A stretch of 64,000 nucleotides of DNA from Treponema sp. (lineage in GTDB: Bacteria; Spirochaetota; Spirochaetia; Treponematales; Breznakiellaceae), in NCBI GenBank assembly GCA_031266175.1, contig JAISBN010000139.1:762-64761 (forward strand), given 5' to 3'. Every line of letters starts with the position of its first letter. Position 1 is the stretch's first letter. The notes below the pieces were generated by a model that had not been told where the DNA came from, made no database searches, and saw nothing but the letters and a program-made list of their open reading frames with translations. Made by a program: the position numbers and the translations under genes. This document shows positions 9,159 through 17,855 of this stretch, piece after piece.

Positions 9159-10037
9159 TTGTCTGTACTTTCAATCCAATCCCATGTTGTTTACGGCCAC
9201 GCGGGGAACAGCGCCGCGGTCTTTCCCCTCCAGCGGCTGGGCCGCGAAGTCTGGGCCGTCAATACCGTTGAATTTTCCAACCATACCGGCTATAAGGCCT
9301 GGCGGGGTGAGGCCTTACGGCCCGCCCTGACGGAAGAGCTGGTCCTGGGCCTGGAAGAACGGGACGTGCTCAAGAACTGCGAAGCGGTACTTTCCGGCTA
9401 TTTGGGAGACCCCTCAACGGGCCGGGCCATTATTGCCGCGGTCAAAAAAGTTCGTTCCCACGCCCCCGGGGCCCTCTACTGCTGCGATCCGGTCATGGGG
9501 GACGTCGGCCGGGGGTTTTACGTCAGCCCCGAAATCCCCGGCATTTTTAAAAACGAGGTGATCCCCCTGGCGGATATTATTACCCCCAACCAGTTTGAGC
9601 TGGACGCCCTTTCAGGGATGGAGACCAAAACCCTTGAGGATGTCCTTACAGCGGTGGAACAGCTCCATAACAGGGGGCCCGGAGTCGTTCTGGTAACCAG
9701 CCTTCGTACTCCCGGAACCGGACAAAACGAAATCGGCATGCTGGTTTCCAACGGCAGGGAACGTTTCCGCATCAGCACCCCGGAACTGTACTTTGAAAAC
9801 AGCGCTTCTATGGCGGGTTCCGGGGATCTGACCACATCGGTCTTTCTTTCCCGGTACCTGGAAACCGGCGACATTAAACAAACCCTGGAACTGACCGCCG
9901 CGGCGGTGTACGGAATCATGGAAGCGACCCACCGGGCAAAAAGCCGGGAGCTGCTTTTAATCGCCGCCCAGGAGGCGCTGGTTTCTCCAGCGGCGCCGGC
10001 TTCTCCGGCGGCGAAGTTTCGGGCGGAAAAGCTGTAA
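9159..10037 (+). CDS. pdxY: Pyridoxal kinase
   Basis: LSIQSHVVYGHAGNSAAVFPLQRLGREVWAVNTVEFSNHTGY closely resembles the E. coli PdxY N-terminus. TTG start with AGGAGG SD. Short Ala/Pro-rich C-terminal tail. Confidence 0.85.
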   Translation: MSVLSIQSHVVYGHAGNSAAVFPLQRLGREVWAVNTVEFSNHTGYKAWRGEALRPALTEELVLGLEERDVLKNCEAVLSGYLGDPSTGRAIIAAVKKVRSHAPGALYCCDPVMGDVGRGFYVSPEIPGIFKNEVIPLADIITPNQFELDALSGMETKTLEDVLTAVEQLHNRGPGVVLVTSLRTPGTGQNEIGMLVSNGRERFRISTPELYFENSASMAGSGDLTTSVFLSRYLETGDIKQTLELTAAAVYGIMEATHRAKSRELLLIAAQEALVSPAAPASPAAKFRAEKL

Positions 10038-10068
10038 CGGCTTTTCCCCGGAAAGCGGCGGAAGACCC

Positions 10069-10986
10069 GTGGTCCCCCGGGCAGGTTCCGGTGTGAACCG
10101 GGATGATTTTTTTACGGCGGCGCCCTACCGCCGCTTTACGGAATTCACCGGCCCCGGAGCGGACCGCCGGGCCGTACTCTGTTCCGTCCTGAAAGAACTG
10201 CTCCTGCCCTACGCCGTCCTGGACATCGCGGGTAAACGCCACATTGTGGCGGGACCCGGGGTCCGGGAGGGCGAAGCGCCGGGGATCATCCTCACCGCCC
10301 ATTACGACCGCAGCCCCCGCAGTTCCGGGGCCAACGATAACGGGGCCGCGGTGTTCCTCCTGGCGGAAACCGCGGCGCGTGTCCGGCGCGGGGGCATACC
10401 GGTCCTGTTTGTCTTTACCGACGGCGAGGAACTTTCGGGGGACGAGGGCCTCCAAAACCAGGGCGCCTACGGCCTGGGAATGTACCTGCGGGAAAAAGGA
10501 TTCGACGGGGCCCGGATTTTTTGTTTTGACGCCTGCGGCACCGGCGACACCCTGATCATTTCCACCACCGCGGATCAGCTGTTAAAGGGCAGGGAAGAAA
10601 ACCCCGGCACAGAGGCGCTGCGGCGCAAAGTACAGGAACTGCGGCGTACCGCCCTGGATGCGGCCAGAACGGCCCGGCTGGAAAGGGTGCTGCTTATCCC
10701 CACGCCCTTTTCCGACGACGGGGGCTTTCTCCGGGCAGGACTGGCGGCCCAGACCATTACGGTCCTGCCCCGGAAAGAGGCGGCCCCCTTTGCGGCGCTG
10801 GTCCGCCGCAAAGGGGAAGTAGCCGCGGCCCTCCTTTCAAGGGCCGCGGCCCGGCCGAAGGACCGCGGAAGCATCCCCGAAACCTGGCGCTGCCTGAACG
10901 GCCCCTCCGACAGCCCGCTGCGGCTTACCCCGGAACACTGGAAGCAGGTAACCGCCTTCGCGGCGGCGCTGATAAGCGGATCCTAG
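10069..10986 (+). CDS. M28-family peptidase-like protein
   Basis: ILTAHYDRSPRSSGANDNGAAVFLLAE...VLFVFTDGEE matches the M28 zinc-ligand pattern (H.D...GA.DN..G...E...F...EE). Start codon uncertain (GTG). Confidence 0.55.
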   Translation: MVPRAGSGVNRDDFFTAAPYRRFTEFTGPGADRRAVLCSVLKELLLPYAVLDIAGKRHIVAGPGVREGEAPGIILTAHYDRSPRSSGANDNGAAVFLLAETAARVRRGGIPVLFVFTDGEELSGDEGLQNQGAYGLGMYLREKGFDGARIFCFDACGTGDTLIISTTADQLLKGREENPGTEALRRKVQELRRTALDAARTARLERVLLIPTPFSDDGGFLRAGLAAQTITVLPRKEAAPFAALVRRKGEVAAALLSRAAARPKDRGSIPETWRCLNGPSDSPLRLTPEHWKQVTAFAAALISGS

Positions 10987-11047
10987 GGTTCTGTCATTTT
11001 TAAGGCCTATGATTCCTGGTTTTGTTTTGAAACAAGATTTGTAGCTC

Positions 11048-12877
11048 CTACAACAGCGCCTCCGCGTCAAATTCGCAGGCGGTACAGGGGACGGTGATGC
11101 CCCAGTTTTCCAGTACCTCCGGGTGGAGTTCGCCGAAGACGCCGATGTTTTTTTTCCTGTGGATGATCGCCGCCGCCCGGCCGGGAATAAAGCGGCGGTC
11201 GGCGGATTCTTCCACGCCGTAGTCCCGGGAAAGATAGTAAAACAGGGTCTGGAGTTCCGCCGCGGCGGTATTAAAGCCGGATTCCGCCCCGGCGTGGAGG
11301 AATCCCAGGTACTGCCGGGTGGCCGTACCGTAGTTTTCCGCCGGGTCCCGGTACGCCACTTTGCCGGTTTCAAATATCCGGTGGGGATAGGCGGCGTGGC
11401 CCGATACGGATTCGCTTTGTACCAGGGAAGCAAGGATACTGTCCCGGACATACTCGTAATTTTCCGTCATGGGGTTGGAGATGCGGATGATCCGCCTCCC
11501 ATCCCCCCGCATATTGTCCACCAGGTCTTTGCGGGAACCCAGGTAATTGTAAATCATCTCCTGGTAACCCAGGCCGGTCATAAGCTCCTTGATTCGCCGG
11601 CTCAAAAGGGTTACCGCCGTCAGCCGGCCTATGGTAAAGTCCCGGGGACGTTCGGGCTTAAAGTCCGCGAGTCCCCGGCCCATCATGATGTCTTCCATCA
11701 CGTCCGCGGCGTGGAGAAAATCGTTCCGGTATTCGGGGGGCCACGCTTTTACGCCGGGAACTGTACCGGCGTTTGCGCCCCCTGAGCCCGTACCGGTTTC
11801 CCCGGCAGCGCCCGCTCCGGTCCCGGCGGTTCCGGCCCCGGTCCCGGCGCCACGCTCGGTATCCAGGGCCTTTTCAGCCCGTACCCCCATGCGGGCCAGG
11901 GCTTGTACGCAGTCACCGGCGTTAATCTCCCGGCCCAGATATTTTTCGATCCTGGCCAGGGAACAAAACACCGGCTCCTGAAAATAATAGGGGGTAACGC
12001 AGGTCCGGCCAAAGGGCGTGTCGAACTGGTATTCCACTTCCACCGGCTCAATGGTAAAGCCGTTATCCGCCATGTCGCAGGCGACAATGGAGGCCGCCAG
12101 GGTAAGCGCCGCCTGGTCCGTGCCGGTAAGTTCCACAAAAAGATCCGTATCCCCCACCTGGACCGCTCCCAGATCGGCGGAGTTGATGATGGGCGGATAG
12201 GATAAAACGCTCCCCGAAGCGTCGGTCAAAAGCGGATGGACGGGCTCATGCTCCTGGATAAAGGCGTATTCCTTTCCTTTGGGGTGCTGCTTAAGGATTT
12301 CCCGCAGCGAGAGGGGAGTGTCCCACTGGAGGGGCACAAAGGATACGCTGTCGGGATCCACCCCTTTGTAGATGATGGGCCACCGGATGATCGAACTACG
12401 GTACAGGCCCATGGAAATGGTCCGCCGCTTCCGGCCGAAATTCCAGGCAAGCTTTTCCTGGGTCTGGATCATGTCCCGGAGCATGGGATCGCTGATCGCT
12501 TTGCCCGACGCGATAAATCCCGCCAGGCAGGGCCGTACTTTTTGTACCGAAGCTTCCACAATCACCTTGCGCCCCGCGCTTTTTAGGTTTCCCGGGGACG
12601 AAAAGAACGGGTACTCCGGCGCTTTACCGCCGTTATACACCCGGAGCTGCCGGGCGCAGCCTGCGGTTCCCCAGAGGTCGGGCCTGTTGGTATCGTTCAG
12701 TTCTATCTTTAAAACCCGTTCCGGCGGGGGAAGGGATTTGTCGCTGTCCTCATCCAGCTCCGCCTTCGCGCAGCTCAAGGCCGCTTCAAAGGCGTCCCGG
12801 GTTTTCCAGATACTTTTTCCGCCGGGACATCCCGCCAGGGTGTAGAATACTTCTTCGTTCACTTCTATCTTGGGCAT
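11048..12877 (-). CDS. pheT: Phenylalanine--tRNA ligase beta subunit, archaeal/eukaryal type
   Basis: 609 aa, versus about 800 for the bacterial type. MPKIEVNEEVFYTLAG start. Immediately downstream of pheS. Contains a Gly/Thr/Ala low-complexity insert. Confidence 0.9.
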   Translation of the reverse strand: MPKIEVNEEVFYTLAGCPGGKSIWKTRDAFEAALSCAKAELDEDSDKSLPPPERVLKIELNDTNRPDLWGTAGCARQLRVYNGGKAPEYPFFSSPGNLKSAGRKVIVEASVQKVRPCLAGFIASGKAISDPMLRDMIQTQEKLAWNFGRKRRTISMGLYRSSIIRWPIIYKGVDPDSVSFVPLQWDTPLSLREILKQHPKGKEYAFIQEHEPVHPLLTDASGSVLSYPPIINSADLGAVQVGDTDLFVELTGTDQAALTLAASIVACDMADNGFTIEPVEVEYQFDTPFGRTCVTPYYFQEPVFCSLARIEKYLGREINAGDCVQALARMGVRAEKALDTERGAGTGAGTAGTGAGAAGETGTGSGGANAGTVPGVKAWPPEYRNDFLHAADVMEDIMMGRGLADFKPERPRDFTIGRLTAVTLLSRRIKELMTGLGYQEMIYNYLGSRKDLVDNMRGDGRRIIRISNPMTENYEYVRDSILASLVQSESVSGHAAYPHRIFETGKVAYRDPAENYGTATRQYLGFLHAGAESGFNTAAAELQTLFYYLSRDYGVEESADRRFIPGRAAAIIHRKKNIGVFGELHPEVLENWGITVPCTACEFDAEALL

Positions 12878-14527
12878 TTAGACCGTCTCCTCCGCTGTCC
12901 CGTCTTTGGTCCGTCTGAGCCGCACGCTCTCTATGTCGTAGCTGAACAGTTCCCGCAGGTCGTTAAGGCCCAGGGCCATTAACGCCATGCGGTCTATACC
13001 GATGCCCCAGGCCGCTACGGGCACATGAACGCCCAGGCTTTCGGTTACTTCGGGCCGGAAGATCCCCGAACCGCCCAGCTCGAACCAGCCCAGCACGGGA
13101 TGTTTTATGTGAACCTCGACGGAAGGCTCGGTAAACGGAAAGTAGCCGGGAACATACTTTACTTCCCCGGCCCCCGCCACTTCCAGGGCGAACATTTCCA
13201 GCATCCCCAGCAGGGTTTTTAAGTTTACCTCTTCCCCCAGGACGATGCCCTCGGTTTGGTAAAAGTCCGGAAGGTGGGTGGCGTCCACCTTGTCGTACCG
13301 GAAACACCGGACGATGCCGAAGTACTTGCCGGGAATTTTTGCCCCCGGCAGGGTTTTGGCGGAAAGGGCCGTCCCCTGGCTGCGGAGAATAAGCCGCCGG
13401 GTAAAGTCCCGGTCAAAGGCATAGCTCCAGCCCCGGCTCCCGGTGGCGCCCCCCGACTCATGGGCGGCGGCTATGTTGGACAGCCAGGGTTCTTCGATGG
13501 ACGCGGCATGTTCCGGTTCCGCAAGACGGTACACGTCGTGGATGTCCCGGGCGGAATGAAACTGCGGCATAAACAGGGCGTCGGAATTCCAGAATTCCGT
13601 TTCTACCAGGGGACCGTCGAATTCCTCAAAGCCCAGGGACGCAAGTTTGTCCTTGACCCCTTCAAGAAACTGGGCATAGGGATTGGTCCGTCCGGGGATA
13701 AGCCTGACGGGGGGCACGTTGATATTATAGGAGCGGAAGGTTTTGCCCTTCCAGCTTCCGGAGGCAAGCATATCCGGGGTAAGGGCTCCGGTTTCCTCGC
13801 CGGTGATCCCCGCTGCCTTCAGGGCCTCCGCCAGCTCCGCCGCCAGGCCGGTAAAGCCAAAGACCACCGTTTCCCGCTCCACCTGGCGGAAGGCCGCGTC
13901 GGCGGCGCCCCGCTTTTTGGCGATCCCCGCAACGGCGGCTTTTTCCCCGGCGGTCAGTTCCGTTTCCGCTATAAAGACCGAGCCGGTAATATGAGCGTCC
14001 GCTCCGGCATTGCGGCCTGCGGCTTTTATTTCCCTGGCGGCGGCTTTCTCCAGCAGGCCGCGGATCAGCGCCAGGTGTTCCTCCGCCGGTCCGGCCCTTT
14101 CCCCGGCGGGGGAAAGGGGGATCACCTTTTTTTCCCCGTCCAGGGCCAAAGCCCCCAGTTTGGAAAGGGCGCCGAAAGCGCTACCGGCGTCTTTGTTGTC
14201 CATTCCCAGCCGGGCCGCTATGTCCGGCAGGCGCAGCCCGCTTCCCGCGGCCCGGACGAGTTCCATGATCCGCTCTTCGGGCGTACCCTTTTCTTTCCAG
14301 CCCCGGCCCAGGCCGGTTAGTTCGTACAGCACCGCCCGTTCCCGGCGGAGTTCGGTTACAATCCCCTTACCCGCGAGCCAGGACAGCGCCTGGTTGCCGT
14401 TTCCGCTCCTGAAACCAAGGTCCGCCTCGACTTTTTCGATGGTAAGTTCGTCCCCCGGGCTGTAGTGGAGGATAATTTTGACCTCCAGGGGGTGGAGGTT
14501 TTTTACCGTGGCCTGTATATCGTTCAT
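12878..14527 (-). CDS. pheS: Phenylalanine--tRNA ligase alpha subunit, archaeal/eukaryal type
   Basis: 549 aa with a long N-terminal extension. Class II core motifs (FRSYNINVPP.., HSARD, FRYDKVDATH, GIGIDR). Confidence 0.9.
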   Translation of the reverse strand: MNDIQATVKNLHPLEVKIILHYSPGDELTIEKVEADLGFRSGNGNQALSWLAGKGIVTELRRERAVLYELTGLGRGWKEKGTPEERIMELVRAAGSGLRLPDIAARLGMDNKDAGSAFGALSKLGALALDGEKKVIPLSPAGERAGPAEEHLALIRGLLEKAAAREIKAAGRNAGADAHITGSVFIAETELTAGEKAAVAGIAKKRGAADAAFRQVERETVVFGFTGLAAELAEALKAAGITGEETGALTPDMLASGSWKGKTFRSYNINVPPVRLIPGRTNPYAQFLEGVKDKLASLGFEEFDGPLVETEFWNSDALFMPQFHSARDIHDVYRLAEPEHAASIEEPWLSNIAAAHESGGATGSRGWSYAFDRDFTRRLILRSQGTALSAKTLPGAKIPGKYFGIVRCFRYDKVDATHLPDFYQTEGIVLGEEVNLKTLLGMLEMFALEVAGAGEVKYVPGYFPFTEPSVEVHIKHPVLGWFELGGSGIFRPEVTESLGVHVPVAAWGIGIDRMALMALGLNDLRELFSYDIESVRLRRTKDGTAEETV

Positions 14528-14641
14528 GAATGTTCCTTATGACTATGGACGCCGGGTGGCTGGGGGTAGAATAGCAAGTTTCACGGGCTTTGAGAAGGGA
14601 TGCCCGGCCCGGGAATCCCGAATTCAGCCGCGGATCACAAA

Positions 14642-14742
14642 GAATTCAACCACGGACCATACGGAAAAACACGGACCCTTGGTTCCACATCCCTGCTTTT
14701 GTCCGTGGTGGTCTGCGGTGGTCCGTGGTTATGTTTGAATTC
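14642..14742. repeat. 101-bp imperfect long hairpin element bounded by GAATTC, rich in CACGGAC/GTCCGTG
   Basis: Left arm GAATTCAACCACGGACCA (14642-) pairs with right arm TGGTCCGTGGTT..TTGAATTC (-14742). There are inner CACGGAC/GTCCGTG pairs. A related half-copy lies at 59978-60012. Confidence 0.7.
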
Positions 14743-14765
14743 GGAAGTGCTCAGCCTGGCCCGGC

Positions 14766-14880
14766 GTCTTGAGACAATGGCCCGCTGTCTCGAGACAATG
14801 ACCCGCTGTCTCGAGACAATGACCCGGCGTCTCGAGACAATGACCTGCTGTCTCGAGACAATGGCCCGCTGTCTACAGAC
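14766..14880. repeat. Tandem array, 5.5 x 21 bp, each unit with the 10-bp palindrome GTCTCGAGAC
   Basis: Units start at 14766, 14787, 14808, 14829, 14850 and 14871 (GTCTCGAGACAATGRCCYGCT). Intergenic. Confidence 0.9.
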
Positions 14881-14951
14881 ACCGGGCCGCGGGCAGCACG
14901 GGGACCCCCGCCGGATGAACCGTTCAGGCTTTCGGATACTTCATCCGGTTC

Positions 14952-15998
14952 TTAGCGCAGGACGATGGCGTCGGCGGAGCCGCGTGCCCCGGTATGAGGG
15001 AGATCATGCCGCGTGCCGTTCAACCAGTAACAGGCCTTGTACTCATTTTGGCCCGTTATATATACATTGGAGCCGGATACGACGATGGCTCGGGCAGAGT
15101 TGCCGTATTTCCCGGTAACAGGGAGGGCATGCCGCGTGCCGTTAAGCCAGTAACAGGCTGCGGACGGAAACCCAAAAAAATCCTCGGGCTCCACGCTGGT
15201 ATCATAGTCGTAACCCACGATATACACATCGGAACCGGATACGGCGATCCCGTTGGCAGAACCCTGTGCCCCGATAAGAGGGAGAGCCTGCCAGACGCCG
15301 TTAAGCCAGTAACCGAACGTGTCCCCATCGGAGCCCAGGATATACACGCCGGAACCGGATACGGCGATGCCTCGGGCAGAGCCGGATGTCCCGGTAACGG
15401 GGAGGCCCTGCCATACGCCGTTAAGCCAGTAACCGGGCGTACTCTTTTCCCCGTCCCCATCCTGGCCCGCGATATACACATCGGAACCGGATATGACGAT
15501 GGCGGCGGCGGAACCATATGTCCCGCTAACAGGAAGGTCATGCCATACGCCGTTGAGCCAGTAACCGGGCGTGGATTTCCACTGGTAGTTACCGGTGTGG
15601 CTCCTCTCGGAACCCGCGATATACACATTGGAACCGGATACGGCGATAGCTGCGGCTCCACCCAATACTTCTGCCCTGGAAACAGGGAGGTCATGCCGCG
15701 TACCGTTGAGCCAGTAACAGGGCGAGTTAGGGTACTGAGTACTGCCCGCGATATACACGTTGGAACCGGATACGGCAATGGCCCGGGCAGAACCGCCTAA
15801 CGCCCCGGTAACAGGGAGGGCCTGCTGCCTGTCGTTGAGCCAGTAACCGGGCGCACCCATTTCCTGACCGATACTGGCCATGCCCACGATTAACACATCG
15901 GGGCCCTTGCCGCCGGCGGACTGTCCGTAGGCGGTAAAGGCCAGGGTTACCATAACGACCGCCAGGGCCGTCATCCGTTGGTAAAACGTCGTTTTCAT
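14952..15998 (-). CDS. Secreted repeat protein, about 8 x 40-aa (G)YWLNG...LP...S.A.AI.VSGS.VYI.G units (beta-propeller-like)
   Basis: 348 aa. Signal-like N-terminus MTALAVVMVTLAFTAYGQ. The internal periodicity is obvious in both protein and DNA. Confidence 0.7.
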   Translation of the reverse strand: MKTTFYQRMTALAVVMVTLAFTAYGQSAGGKGPDVLIVGMASIGQEMGAPGYWLNDRQQALPVTGALGGSARAIAVSGSNVYIAGSTQYPNSPCYWLNGTRHDLPVSRAEVLGGAAAIAVSGSNVYIAGSERSHTGNYQWKSTPGYWLNGVWHDLPVSGTYGSAAAIVISGSDVYIAGQDGDGEKSTPGYWLNGVWQGLPVTGTSGSARGIAVSGSGVYILGSDGDTFGYWLNGVWQALPLIGAQGSANGIAVSGSDVYIVGYDYDTSVEPEDFFGFPSAACYWLNGTRHALPVTGKYGNSARAIVVSGSNVYITGQNEYKACYWLNGTRHDLPHTGARGSADAIVLR

Positions 15999-16082
15999 CG
16001 TACTTAAGCTCCTATAATCATGTATTTGTCATGAAAAACACCTTACTATGGGGGCAGCGGGCTGTCAACGGGAAAACTCAAC

Positions 16083-16196
16083 CCTGTCCGCCTTTGGCGG
16101 ACAGGCAGTGGAAACAGAAGAGCCCGCTTGCGCGGGGGAGATCCATGGTAAAGCCCTTAGGCTTTACCCCGCCACCCTGCGGGTGTACCGCCATGG
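16083..16196. other. Cluster of four GC-rich stem-loops in a 220-nt intergenic region
   Basis: 16083-16105 (10-bp stem), 16123-16136 (5 bp), 16147-16168 (9-bp perfect stem, CTTA loop), 16173-16185 (5 bp). CCATGG at 16143 and 16191 could close the last two. Confidence 0.5.
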
Positions 16197-16219
16197 CCAG
16201 GAAACGCCCGGTCATGCAG

Positions 16220-17362
16220 TCAAAGTTTAAATCCCCGGGAAGCGGCCTGGGTAAGTTTGTGTTTTAGCAGGTTATTTTCTTTTTTCAGCTTGCTTATCTC
16301 CAGCTGCTGGGATTTTACGGTTTCCAGCAGATCCCCCTGGGTAAGGGCGCCGGTGTGGAGCAGTTCTTCCACATATTCCATTTTGTTTTCAAAATCTATT
16401 TCCGCCTCCAGGCTTGCTTCCTGGAAGCTGTCGTCGATGGCCTCTTCGGTGAGGGTAAAATTTTCTTCTTCGGTCTGGAGTATCTTGTCGGCAATACGGT
16501 AAATAGCCTGGGAGATTACCGACTGGGGTTTGTAGAGCACCACCGGCAGCCGGGACGACAGGGCCGTATCCTGAATGCCGTCCCGGTACATGATCCCCAG
16601 ATGTTCCACTTTTATATCCAGGTATTCTTCGCAGGATCGCCGGATCTTCATGGCCACATCGGCGTCTTTGGGATCCTCGATCATGTTCATAATAAGCCGG
16701 GGATGAAAGTGCAGCACCGCTTCCCGGAATTTTTTATGGGATTCGGGGTCGATTTTGACAATTTCCGAAAGCATCTGGGGTATGTACAGATGTTTCCCGG
16801 AACTGTCTTTGCGCACTTTTTCCAGATAGCCGCAGGCTTCGGTTCCCTTTTTGAATACCGTGTACATAAGCCGGAAAACGGTATTCTTTAAAAAGACATA
16901 GGCGTTAAGGGTGGCGGTCACCGCCGGGGATGTTACCACAATCCCCTGGCCAGAAAGCAGAAAGAAATCCAGAATAGATTGATGGGTGCCCGCGCCCAAA
17001 TCCAGGATCAGAATATCCGTATCCGAAGCAAGGGCAAGAAGCCGCCGCACCAGGGCATTCCGCTGGAAGGATTTAAGGTTTGCCATCCCGGGCATTTCCT
17101 GATCCCCCGGTATAAAACGGAGGCCCCGGACATCGGTCGGGAAAATCACCTGGGTAAAATCGACCCTGGTATTGTTCAGAAAGGTACCGATGCCCCCGGC
17201 GGGGGAGCGGAAACCCAGAACCAGATGAAGGTTCGACGCCCCCAGATCCAGATCCGCCAGCACTACCCGCTGGCCCGCCTGGGCCAGGGCTACCGCGATA
17301 TTGGCGGCTACCAGGGATTTGCCGACGCCGCCTTTTCCGCTGGCAATGGGGATTACCCGCAT
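16220..17362 (-). CDS. MinD/ParA-family P-loop ATPase (FlhG/YlxH-like) with coiled-coil C-terminal extension
   Basis: Deviant Walker A IASGKGGVGKS, then ADLDLGASNLH. About 100 aa C-terminal charged helical tail. Confidence 0.8.
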   Translation of the reverse strand: MRVIPIASGKGGVGKSLVAANIAVALAQAGQRVVLADLDLGASNLHLVLGFRSPAGGIGTFLNNTRVDFTQVIFPTDVRGLRFIPGDQEMPGMANLKSFQRNALVRRLLALASDTDILILDLGAGTHQSILDFFLLSGQGIVVTSPAVTATLNAYVFLKNTVFRLMYTVFKKGTEACGYLEKVRKDSSGKHLYIPQMLSEIVKIDPESHKKFREAVLHFHPRLIMNMIEDPKDADVAMKIRRSCEEYLDIKVEHLGIMYRDGIQDTALSSRLPVVLYKPQSVISQAIYRIADKILQTEEENFTLTEEAIDDSFQEASLEAEIDFENKMEYVEELLHTGALTQGDLLETVKSQQLEISKLKKENNLLKHKLTQAASRGFKL

Positions 17363-17847
17363 TATTCGCCTCCCTCCGGCGTTTCCGCAAAAACCGGGGT
17401 CCCGGTTCCTTCATCCTCCGCACCGGCCGGCGCTTCGCCAGCTTCGCCGCGGCTAAAGATGAACAGCAAAACCATGCCCAGGATGGTACCAAGATCGGCC
17501 GCGCCCATAAAGAGCGCCCACGACATGGATCGGGGTATTTCCCCGGCGGGTCCAAATGCCGCCGCCAGCCAGAATATCAGGCACATGATGCCGATCGCCT
17601 TACCCGTTATGTACAGGGGTATGTAGGGTTTTGAAATTTCCAGCCGGATCAGCAGAAAGAAGGACATCAGGGGGAAAAGGGCCTGGGGCGCGGCGTACAT
17701 CATAAAAGGCAGGTTCCGCCCCATGCCGCGGAACAGCCCCGCCGGGCCCGAACCCGTAAAGGCCGCCAGCAGGATTACCAGAAAAAGCAGCCGGGAACAA
17801 TCATAGATAACAACAGCCGTCCGTACTGTCCGGCGGGGTTCTTTCAT
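17362..17847 (-). CDS. Small integral membrane protein (about 4 TM) with acidic Gly/Ala/Glu tail
   Basis: 161 aa with hydrophobic segments. Its stop overlaps the ATPase gene start. No family recognised. Confidence 0.55.
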   Translation of the reverse strand: MKEPRRTVRTAVVIYDCSRLLFLVILLAAFTGSGPAGLFRGMGRNLPFMMYAAPQALFPLMSFFLLIRLEISKPYIPLYITGKAIGIMCLIFWLAAAFGPAGEIPRSMSWALFMGAADLGTILGMVLLFIFSRGEAGEAPAGAEDEGTGTPVFAETPEGGE

Positions 17848-17855
17848 CAGCGGTA

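Noticed and set aside
14528-14765. T-box or pheM-type attenuator upstream of pheS
   Set aside because: The hairpin element has no T-box consensus on the pheS (minus) strand and no Phe-rich leader peptide. It is better explained as a repeat element, since a copy exists at 59.98 kb.
14600-15118. 172-aa + strand ORF (…LETMARCLETMTRCLETM…)
   Set aside because: It is an artefact of the in-frame 21-bp array and runs antisense into the repeat-protein gene.
14994-15800. 268-aa (+) and 240-aa (-) alternative-frame ORFs within 14952..15998
   Set aside because: They are by-products of DNA-level periodicity. Only the 348-aa frame has a signal peptide and a coherent repeat motif.
16083-16196. tRNA or known riboswitch in the hairpin cluster
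   Set aside because: There is no cloverleaf geometry and no T-loop GTTCRANYC. I could see no match to the conserved cores of the TPP, SAM, cobalamin, c-di-GMP or fluoride riboswitches.
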